From assembly GCA_048939995.1 (NCBI GenBank), contig JBHLOY010000008.1, positions 106,835 through 170,834 of the forward strand: DNA of 64,000 bases, given 5' to 3'. Made by a program: the position numbers and the translations under genes. Origin of the DNA: Promethearchaeota archaeon. Its GTDB lineage: Archaea; Asgardarchaeota; Lokiarchaeia; Sigyniarchaeales; SOKP01. Positions 19,719-27,641 of this stretch are shown here, in pieces (positions within the stretch are counted from its first letter, which is position 1; each line of letters begins with the position of its first letter). The notes beneath the pieces were generated by a model. That model made no database searches. It had not been told where the DNA came from and saw only the letters and a list, made by a program, of their open reading frames with translations.

Positions 19719-21749
19719 ATGACTGTCAAAGAAGAAAAAGTAAAAGAGACAAATGACACTCAAGAGTCATTAGAGCATGAGGAGAGTGAACCTAGAATTG
19801 GAGTGTTTGTTTGTCACTGTGGGCATAATATAGCTGGTACTGTTGATGTTGCTGAAGTTGCAGAATATGCAAAAAGTTTACCGAATGTAGTGAAAGCAGA
19901 ACATTATATGTTTATGTGTAGTAAACCAGGCGTCCAAATGGTTAAGGATTCAATTAAAGAATTAGGAGTAGATAGAACTGTGGTTGCCTCATGTTCAAAA
20001 AATCAACACGGAAGAACCTTTGCTAATGCCATCCAAGAGATGGGTTTAAACAAGCATCGTCATCAACAAGTAAATATTAGAGAATTTGATAGTTGGGTGC
20101 ATCAAAAAGAAAAGGATAAAGCAACTAAAAAAGCAGAAAGATTAATTGAAGCAGGGGTCAATAGAGCACGTAAATTAGAAGATGTAGAAACTCGGAGAAT
20201 TCCTACAACCAAAGCTGCATTAGTTATTGGTGCAGGTATTGCCGGTCTTCGAGCAGCCCACGATCTAGCAGAATTAGGGATTCCAGTTTATCTGGTTGAG
20301 CGAGAATCAACTATAGGAGGACATATGACCCAATTAAACAAGACCTTTCCAACCTTAGAATGTCCCCAGTGTTCCATATCTCCACTTACTAATGGAGTTG
20401 CGAATCATCCATTAATCGAACTTTATACAAATGCTCAAATTAAAGAAGTAGAAGGTTCAATGGGTAATTTTGAAGTGGAAATTGAAATCAAACCACGATA
20501 TGTTAAAGATAATTGTACTTCGTGCGGGGAATGTGCAATTCATTGCCCTGTAGAAGTTCCCAGTGAATGGGATAAAGGCATGTCTATAAGAAAGGCTATT
20601 TATAAAGCATATCCTCAAGCTATCCCAGCCACATATGTGAGAGACAAGAAAAATTGTATCGAGTGTAATACATGTATTAATGTTTGTCCAGTTCAAGCTG
20701 TTGATTTTTCAATGGAACCAGAAACAAAAAGATTTAAAATAGGCTCTATAGTTGTAGCTACTGGGTATGATGAATACGATCCTTCCGAAATTGAAGCTTA
20801 TCATTATAAACAAGAGGGTTATGAAAATGTTATAACCCAACTGCAGGTAGAACGGATGCTTGCTCCTGGCTCTTTAACTAACAGTCAAGTACTAAGACCT
20901 TCTGACGCTAAAATCCCAAAAAATGTAGTGATGATTCAATGCGTTGGAAGTAGAAATGATCAGGTAGGGAATATATATTGCACAGGAGTTTGTTGTAAAT
21001 TTGCGATTAAAAATGCTCGAATTATTAAGGAAATGTATCCTAATTCTAATGTTACCATATGTTATATAGATGTAAGAACTCCTGGGTTAAATTTTGAGGA
21101 ATTATATAAATCCTCCCAGGAAGTGGGAGTACGATTCATAAGGGGAAGACCTTCTGAAATTCTTCGAGATCCTATTTCTGGAGAATTAAGGGTAATAGTT
21201 GAAGATACATTAAGTCAAACACCATTGAAGTTAAAAGCAGATTTAGTAGTATTATCTGCAGCCATGGTTCCACCAGAAGGAATCGGTCCTTTAGGTTCAA
21301 AATTGCATGTTCTTCGATCTAAAGAAGGGTTTTTAAAAGAATTTCATATTAAGATGAATCCCACCTTAAGCAGTAAAGGTGGTATTTTTTTAGCTGGAGC
21401 AATTCAAGGTCCAAAAGACATTTCAGAGTCTGTAGCTCATGCTGGAAATGCTGCTGCATTAGCAGCTGCTCCCTTAGTAAAAGGATATATTGAAAAAGAA
21501 ATGTTAATCCCATCCATAGATTTAGACTTATGTGTTAAATGCGGGCTTTGTAAAACTGTATGTGCTCCTGCTGCGATTGATATAAATGAGGATGGAATCC
21601 CTAAGATTAATGAGATAGCATGTAAATCATGTGGTATGTGTATGCCTGCATGTCCAACAGGGGCTATTCAATTGTTAAATTTTAGTGATGAGCAACTATT
21701 AGATGAAATTGTTGCTGTATCTGGAGGTGTTATATGCGAAAATGAGTGA
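19719..21749 (+). CDS. hdrA: Heterodisulfide reductase subunit A (flavin-bifurcating type), Cys form
   Basis: CHCG.NI, GAGIAG, KTFPTLECPQC, inserted and C-terminal 2x[4Fe-4S] domains, CVGSR...CTGVCC, ERM, GPKDI. Confidence 0.96.
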   Translation: MTVKEEKVKETNDTQESLEHEESEPRIGVFVCHCGHNIAGTVDVAEVAEYAKSLPNVVKAEHYMFMCSKPGVQMVKDSIKELGVDRTVVASCSKNQHGRTFANAIQEMGLNKHRHQQVNIREFDSWVHQKEKDKATKKAERLIEAGVNRARKLEDVETRRIPTTKAALVIGAGIAGLRAAHDLAELGIPVYLVERESTIGGHMTQLNKTFPTLECPQCSISPLTNGVANHPLIELYTNAQIKEVEGSMGNFEVEIEIKPRYVKDNCTSCGECAIHCPVEVPSEWDKGMSIRKAIYKAYPQAIPATYVRDKKNCIECNTCINVCPVQAVDFSMEPETKRFKIGSIVVATGYDEYDPSEIEAYHYKQEGYENVITQLQVERMLAPGSLTNSQVLRPSDAKIPKNVVMIQCVGSRNDQVGNIYCTGVCCKFAIKNARIIKEMYPNSNVTICYIDVRTPGLNFEELYKSSQEVGVRFIRGRPSEILRDPISGELRVIVEDTLSQTPLKLKADLVVLSAAMVPPEGIGPLGSKLHVLRSKEGFLKEFHIKMNPTLSSKGGIFLAGAIQGPKDISESVAHAGNAAALAAAPLVKGYIEKEMLIPSIDLDLCVKCGLCKTVCAPAAIDINEDGIPKINEIACKSCGMCMPACPTGAIQLLNFSDEQLLDEIVAVSGGVICENE

Positions 21750-22194
21750 ATGTGAATATATCAAGCCCGAAGTGCTCGAGAAGATGGAAAATATTGTAGT
21801 GTTTATGTGTAATGAGTGTGGCCAAGGTTCTGCAAATACAGCTGGAGTAGCTCGAATGGCATATAATCCAGCTATACGTATAGTTCGAGTCCAATGTACG
21901 GGTCAAGTAGGACCGATCCAAATTATGGATGCATTGAGTAATGGAGCTGACGCAGTTGCATGTGTCGGATGCTGTCTAGGGGCATGCCATTTCTTCAATG
22001 GTAATATTCTTTCAATGCACCGAATTAAGCTTATGAAGAAGTTATTCAAAGAATTAGGCTACAGTGACCAAATTATTAACCAATACACCTCACGAGCTGC
22101 AGAAGGTGAAACTGCAGTAGGTGATTTTGAAGATATTGTAGAGAGATTAGCAACTGCAATTAGAGAGGAGGCGACATTCAAAGATGGATGTTAA
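21742..22194 (+). CDS. mvhD: MvhD [2Fe-2S] subunit, Cys form
   Basis: FMCNEC, RVQCTG, GADAV...GCCLGACHF; start moved to ATG 21742 behind GGAGGTG. Confidence 0.88.
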   Translation: MSECEYIKPEVLEKMENIVVFMCNECGQGSANTAGVARMAYNPAIRIVRVQCTGQVGPIQIMDALSNGADAVACVGCCLGACHFFNGNILSMHRIKLMKKLFKELGYSDQIINQYTSRAAEGETAVGDFEDIVERLATAIREEATFKDGC

Positions 22195-23419
22195 AGTTTT
22201 TCAATTTAATGGATGCAATAAATGCTTTAATGAAACTATTCTATTAAAAGCAGATTCAAACCATAAAATTGGGTTTGTATCTAATCCTAGGAATTGGAAA
22301 GAGGAGAAAATTGATGTTTCTGTAATTACGGGTTATTTATTACCAGAGGATAAAGAGACTTTAGATAAAATTATAAGAAATTCAACAAAAATTATTGCAT
22401 ATGGAGATTGTAGCGCTACTGGTGGAGTTTTTGCCTTATCCAATCAACGGGGTCATAAAGTAACACCTTTAAGAAAGATGCAGGAAGGTATCTTGAATGT
22501 GTATGGTTGTTTGGGTGAAATAGAAGAACTAGAAGCATTAATTATAGGTAAAGATTTACCGAAACTAAATAATTTATGTATTGTATGTGGAAGAAAGAAA
22601 ACGTGTGATTATTTAGAAGAAGTCAAGCGTCAAATAGAATTAGATGACGAAGAGAAATGTTTTAATGATCTTGGATACTTATGTAATGGATTTATAGCAA
22701 AAGAATGTAAAGAACGATGTATCGATTACAATGCGCCCTGTCGTGGTTGCAAACCTATAATTGAACGTTCAGGAATCAGAATGCTGGGAATGTTTGGAAC
22801 TTTAATGGGAAATATTGAAGTCTCTACAGAGCATTCTGAAAAGGGAGCTACAGATAAACTAGCAGATAATGATGACGATGTTACGGCAAGTTTACCTGAT
22901 ATCGTTGGTAATTTCTTTAGATTCACGTTATCTACCTCTGGTTTGCCTAAAGGGAGAATCAACTCTTCAGGAAGCCTATTAGAAGATGTATTTACAGGGA
23001 GATTAATAGAAGAATTACCTTTAATTACGGGTTTATTGGGGGGAGATCGCTCGATTTCACTAACGCTTAAAGTCCTAGAGACCTATGAAGAAGGTAATAA
23101 TATAGAAGTAAGTGAGACTACAAAACAATATCGAAAGGAATTATTAGAGTTAGAAAATGAATTACTAACAACAATAGAATCCAAAGATCCAAAAAAATAT
23201 AAAGAGGTGACTGATAAGATTCGAAAAATTGCTGGTAATATGAATTTATCTAATCTCTACTATGGGGGATTTAAATCACAAATTAATGAGAATGATAATT
23301 TTGAGGACTATAAAACCCATGTTTTTGATGTGGTTGAAGGTACTTATAAAAATGGTTCGATTGAGCTTACAATTGATTCCATAGGTATTGTAAAAGAAAT
23401 AAAAATTAAAGAGGGTTAA
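22184..23419 (+). CDS. MvhG-like Fe-S small subunit fused to a degenerate, Cys-free NiFe large-subunit-like domain
   Basis: GCNKC, AYGDCSATGG, YGC, CIVC, CF..LG.LC.G, C...C, CRGC; C-terminal LEDVFTGRLIEELPLITGLLGG resembles the large-subunit L1 region without Cys. Confidence 0.75.
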   Translation: MDVKVFQFNGCNKCFNETILLKADSNHKIGFVSNPRNWKEEKIDVSVITGYLLPEDKETLDKIIRNSTKIIAYGDCSATGGVFALSNQRGHKVTPLRKMQEGILNVYGCLGEIEELEALIIGKDLPKLNNLCIVCGRKKTCDYLEEVKRQIELDDEEKCFNDLGYLCNGFIAKECKERCIDYNAPCRGCKPIIERSGIRMLGMFGTLMGNIEVSTEHSEKGATDKLADNDDDVTASLPDIVGNFFRFTLSTSGLPKGRINSSGSLLEDVFTGRLIEELPLITGLLGGDRSISLTLKVLETYEEGNNIEVSETTKQYRKELLELENELLTTIESKDPKKYKEVTDKIRKIAGNMNLSNLYYGGFKSQINENDNFEDYKTHVFDVVEGTYKNGSIELTIDSIGIVKEIKIKEG

Positions 23420-23421
23420 AC

Positions 23422-25890
23422 ATGAGTTTTGAATTATTAAAAGTTGAAATTGTAGACGCTGGCCTTTGTCAAGGATGCGGCTTATGTGCTGGATCGTGTA
23501 AGCATATTGAGATGGAAGTAAAGCGTCCATCCCTTAAAGACTACTGTATTTTAGAGAGAGATGGTCAAGATTGTGGAAAGTGTTATCAGAACTGCCCTCA
23601 AGTTATTCAAAAGAAGTTTGAGGAAAAAGAGCCGTTAGCTTTATATTCTTTAAGGAGTAAGAATCTTGATGTTCTATCTAAAGCTGCTAGTGGAGGCTTT
23701 ATCACTACTTTTGTTAAGGAACTTTTAGAGAACCAGACACTTAAGAAAATAGTAATGGTACATGAAGAGGATGAAAAACCAATTGCGGAAATTGTTTCAA
23801 ATCCTGAAGAAGCGGTTAAAAAAGCAGGAGTAGTTTATGGTAGATCTGGAGTGTTAGAGCGGTTAGTAGAAATTACAGGCGAATCTTTTGATCAAATAGG
23901 TATTGTTGGTGTGCCCTGTGAAATGCGTGGAGCTGCTGAAATAGAAGAGGAAATGAAACGGGACATTCTAAAAATTGGATTGTTTTGTAATTCACAAATT
24001 CGTACCGAAGAAACAGATAAAGGCTTAGTATGCTCTCCATGCTGTAATGGCTGTCCTTCTGGAGTAAATGCTCAGGGATATATTTCATTAATACGTCAGG
24101 GCAAATATCAAGATGCTGTAAATCTAATTAGAGAAAACAATCCGCTACCATCAATATGTGGTCGCATTTGTACTAATGAATGTGAATATGGATGTACTTT
24201 AATCGGAGACGACCATCCCGTCGCAATTCGAGAATTAAAGAAGTTTGTAACGGAGTGGGAGATCGAAAAAGCAAAAAAAGAAGTAAAAAATATACCGAAA
24301 TTGAAGAAGAATGCTAAAAAAGTGGCAATTATTGGATCTGGTCCCGCAGGTTTAACTGCGGCTTATTATTTGAGAAGAATGGGATATGTAGCAACTATTT
24401 TCGAAAAAACCGATCAGACAGGAGGGATGCTACGATTTGGAGTACCCCAATTTCGATTACCTAACTATGTCTTAGATTATGACGTTGAAAGGATAATAGA
24501 ATCTGGAGTTAAAGTAGAACTTAATAAACCATTAGGACATGAAATGACCATTGAGGATTTGAAAAATAGTGGTTTTGAGGCAATTTTTATAGCAACAGGT
24601 CAATATAAGCCTCGAACCTTGCATTTAGAAGGAGAAGAGCTTCCAAATGTATTTGTGGCAATCAGTTTCTTAATGGATAGAAAATACCGTTATTGGGAAA
24701 ATAAAGAAGAATTTAAAGGAAAAACTATAGGGATAATTGGAGGTGGCCCTGTTGCTGTTGATGTTGCTCAAACTGCATTAAGGTTAGGTGCAGAAAAAAT
24801 TCATTTAGTAGATATAATGTCAGAAGAACAACTAGAATTAGTTTTAAAGGATATTCCTGAAAATGAAATGGCTTTCATGCAATATCACTTCAAAACATCC
24901 ACTTCAAAAATTACACAGAATGATGATGGCAAATTAGTTTTGAATTGTTATAACATAGAATGGGGAAAACCAGATGAGAATGGAAGGAGACCATTAAATA
25001 AAGTACAACAATCCGAATTTGAAATTCCTATTGATAATATCGTAATAGCAGTTGGTCAAGCCGTTGATTTTGACCAGATAGATGTTGCTACTAATAACAA
25101 GTTAGAAAAAGAACGCAATAAAATCAAGGTAAATGAAATTACTTTTGAAACAAATATTCCAGGAGTTTTTGCTGGAGGAGACATCATTAACAATTCCAAA
25201 GCTGTAGCTATTGCCGCAATAGCACACGGAAAAGAAGCAGCAATTTCAATAGACAAGTACTTGAAAGGAGAAAATTTAGTAGATGGACGATATAAGAGAG
25301 TAAATTCATTTTTCACTGGACCTAATAGACCTCCTAAAGATTACTCTTTGAAACCAGAATCCTTAGAGGAAGCAACTGAAGAGATAAATTGGTCTTTTGA
25401 AGAGATAGATAAGATGTTTAATGAAGATATGGCTTTACAAGAGGCACGTAGATGTTTAAGTTGTAATCATTTCTGTTCCCACTGTCAAGATTTCCCAGCA
25501 ATTTATTCAGATTTAACTGCAGGGGAAATCGGTTCACAAAAGGGATATACTACCGTTGTAGTATGGACTGAACGTGGGAAAGAACTTGTTGAACAGGCAA
25601 TTCAAAAAGGATTGTTTGAACAAGGTAAAGTGAATGAACAAGAACTCAAAACTGCTATCAATTTGAAATCAAAGAGAGAACTTATGATTTTTAAAAAGAC
25701 TCCACGACAATATGTATTGGATTATATTACACTTCAAGGGCCTAGTACAATAAATGATATAGCAAAAAATACTGGAATCGAGGCAAAAAAAGTTAGATAT
25801 GAAGCACTTCGTTTAGTCCAGTTAATGGAATTAGAAATGAAAGCAGATCAGGATATGGATGAACCAGTATTTTCAATTATGTGTGATTAA
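23422..25890 (+). CDS. Chimeric FrhB-family protein with inserted GltD/NfnB-like NAD(P)H:Fe-S oxidoreductase and C-terminal winged helix
   Basis: N-terminal ferredoxin, SGGFIT, VGVPC, IGLFC | CSPCCNGCP, NPLPSICGRIC, GSGPAG, GGGPVAVD, FAGGD, EARRCLSC | CSHCQDF..SDLTAGEIGS..GYTTVVVWTERG | GPSTINDIAKNTGIEAKKVRY. Confidence 0.8.
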   Translation: MSFELLKVEIVDAGLCQGCGLCAGSCKHIEMEVKRPSLKDYCILERDGQDCGKCYQNCPQVIQKKFEEKEPLALYSLRSKNLDVLSKAASGGFITTFVKELLENQTLKKIVMVHEEDEKPIAEIVSNPEEAVKKAGVVYGRSGVLERLVEITGESFDQIGIVGVPCEMRGAAEIEEEMKRDILKIGLFCNSQIRTEETDKGLVCSPCCNGCPSGVNAQGYISLIRQGKYQDAVNLIRENNPLPSICGRICTNECEYGCTLIGDDHPVAIRELKKFVTEWEIEKAKKEVKNIPKLKKNAKKVAIIGSGPAGLTAAYYLRRMGYVATIFEKTDQTGGMLRFGVPQFRLPNYVLDYDVERIIESGVKVELNKPLGHEMTIEDLKNSGFEAIFIATGQYKPRTLHLEGEELPNVFVAISFLMDRKYRYWENKEEFKGKTIGIIGGGPVAVDVAQTALRLGAEKIHLVDIMSEEQLELVLKDIPENEMAFMQYHFKTSTSKITQNDDGKLVLNCYNIEWGKPDENGRRPLNKVQQSEFEIPIDNIVIAVGQAVDFDQIDVATNNKLEKERNKIKVNEITFETNIPGVFAGGDIINNSKAVAIAAIAHGKEAAISIDKYLKGENLVDGRYKRVNSFFTGPNRPPKDYSLKPESLEEATEEINWSFEEIDKMFNEDMALQEARRCLSCNHFCSHCQDFPAIYSDLTAGEIGSQKGYTTVVVWTERGKELVEQAIQKGLFEQGKVNEQELKTAINLKSKRELMIFKKTPRQYVLDYITLQGPSTINDIAKNTGIEAKKVRYEALRLVQLMELEMKADQDMDEPVFSIMCD

Positions 25891-25929
25891 ATTTTATTAA
25901 TAATTAAAAATAAGATAAGGAGAGAAACC

Positions 25930-26169
25930 ATGAAATTTGATCAAGAGTTAAATGTATGCGGGTTAGTATGTCCCGTTCCAGCGCTTAAGACAAAGAAGGA
26001 ATTAATGAAAATGAGGCCTGGAGCAGTTTTAAAAGTAATCACTGACTACAAACCCGCATCTGAGAGTGTTCCTAGAGACTTAGCTAAACAAACTAAACAC
26101 AAACATTTAGGAACCGAATTCATCGAAGATGAAGAACAATGGTGGATTTATTTTGAAGCTGTTAAATAA
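25930..26169 (+). CDS. tusA: TusA/SirA sulfur carrier (second copy, closes the operon)
   Basis: LNVCGLVCPVP, VLKVITD. Confidence 0.9.
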   Translation: MKFDQELNVCGLVCPVPALKTKKELMKMRPGAVLKVITDYKPASESVPRDLAKQTKHKHLGTEFIEDEEQWWIYFEAVK

Positions 26170-26170
26170 A

Positions 26171-26193
26171 TTTTTTTAATTTTTTTTCTTTTT
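26171..26193 (+). terminator. Oligo-T archaeal terminator candidate for the hdr operon
   Basis: T-runs immediately after the tusA stop. Confidence 0.45.
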
Positions 26194-26277
26194 CTATAAA
26201 AAGGAATATTTTTGTGTTAATTGAGAAATTAAGTTGGTTCAGTATACTTATATACTTATTTTCTATTAATTTTTATT

Positions 26278-27468
26278 ATGGATCTAAATATCTTTTTATT
26301 TCTGAGCATGATATTTTTACTTACATACATTATTGGAATGTTGATAGAAAAGATTCACATTCCTTGGATTTTTGCGGCGCTGATTTTAGGGTTTATTCTT
26401 GCAATTTATAACCCCTTTTCTTCGATTACTTCTTCTCCCATATTTGACTTTTTTTCCCAATTAGGGATGTATTTTTTACTTTTTATTATCGGTTTTGAAA
26501 TAGATCTAAAAGAAATGAAAAAAATGGGAAAATTTATTATTAAATCAACTATATTAACGATTTCTTTAGCAACCATTTTTGGTGCTTTACTCATCTATTT
26601 TGTTTTCAGAGTAGATTTATTAATCTCAATTATTGTCAGTTTATCATTTGCAACGGTAGGAGAAGAAATTTTAATTCCTATTTTGGACGAATTCAATTTG
26701 ACTAACAAACCATTAGGGCAATCTATTATTGGAGTAGGGAGTTTGGATGATATAATTGAAATTATTTCTTTAATTTTTGTCATTTTATTGGTAGGGTCAA
26801 ATTCTCCTCAAGGAGATTTTAATATATGGGTAATAATTATTGCTCTTTTTGTTTTATTTTTACTATTGATTGGATTGATTAAGTTTAAAAAAGAACATAA
26901 AAGATTTAAACATACAGGAGTAGAAGCACTCTTCGTATTTGTTATATTTGTTTTATTTTTATTTATTGGTGTAGGCATATATGCTGAAGCTGCTCCACTT
27001 GCAGCGCTGTTCGCAGGGATTGGTCTAAGAACATTTTTACCAAAGGAGAGATTAAAAGCTATAGAATCAGAAGTTAAAGCAATATGTTATGGTTTTTTTG
27101 CTCCGATCTTCTTTTTAATGGTAGGTGTATCAATGGACTTAAAATATCTTATTGCTTTTCCAATAATGATAATTTTAGTTGTATTGATCAGCATTGCAGC
27201 AAAAATTATAGCCAGTTATTTGAGTGGAAAAAAAGAACTTGGTAAAAAAGATTCAATTTTACTAGGAATTGGACTTTCGGTAAAATTTAGTACTAGTATT
27301 GTCATTTTTGCAATATTCTTTGAAAATAATTTAATAACACCTGATTTATATACAGTTCTCATTGCTTCAAGCATGATTTTTGCTTTTCTAATTCCGATAT
27401 TATTTGCGACATTATTGTCAAAATGGAAAATGTCACTACAAAATAATAAAAAAGAGAATAATAATTAG
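26278..27468 (+). CDS. Cation:proton antiporter (CPA2/KefB-like)
   Basis: LLFIIGFEIDL, SLDD, FFAPIFF; multi-TM. Confidence 0.88.
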   Translation: MDLNIFLFLSMIFLLTYIIGMLIEKIHIPWIFAALILGFILAIYNPFSSITSSPIFDFFSQLGMYFLLFIIGFEIDLKEMKKMGKFIIKSTILTISLATIFGALLIYFVFRVDLLISIIVSLSFATVGEEILIPILDEFNLTNKPLGQSIIGVGSLDDIIEIISLIFVILLVGSNSPQGDFNIWVIIIALFVLFLLLIGLIKFKKEHKRFKHTGVEALFVFVIFVLFLFIGVGIYAEAAPLAALFAGIGLRTFLPKERLKAIESEVKAICYGFFAPIFFLMVGVSMDLKYLIAFPIMIILVVLISIAAKIIASYLSGKKELGKKDSILLGIGLSVKFSTSIVIFAIFFENNLITPDLYTVLIASSMIFAFLIPILFATLLSKWKMSLQNNKKENNN

Positions 27469-27545
27469 AAGTTTCATTTATTAATTTCAGTTAGAATTAT
27501 ATTTTTTTTTTTCGAATAAAAAAGAGTATTAACCTTACTTGATTT

Positions 27546-27628
27546 TAATTTTCTTATCTTTTACATTTTACTTTTACATTATATTTAAAATTATTATTAG
27601 CTTAAACAATCATAAAGTTATAATCCAA
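27546..27628 (+). repeat. Duplicated upstream/promoter segment, copy 1
   Basis: Matches 30201-30270 except for one substitution and a 13-nt internal expansion. Confidence 0.85.
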
Positions 27629-27641
27629 TCTAACTATAATT

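Noticed and set aside
20070-20105. HdrA NIREFDSWVH with Asp in place of Cys as a possible defect
   Set aside because: An Asp at this position also occurs in functional methanogen HdrA sequences as recalled; not informative.
16314-22194. Calling the cluster a sulfur-oxidising sHdr or a reverse-Dsr pathway
   Set aside because: Only one canonical hdrC/hdrB pair, a full-length methanogen-type HdrA, mvhD present, and no lbpA, dsrAB or dsrC in the window.
22184-23419. Calling this an active Mvh [NiFe]-hydrogenase
   Set aside because: No L1/L2 Ni-binding CxxC motifs and no hyp maturation genes in the window.
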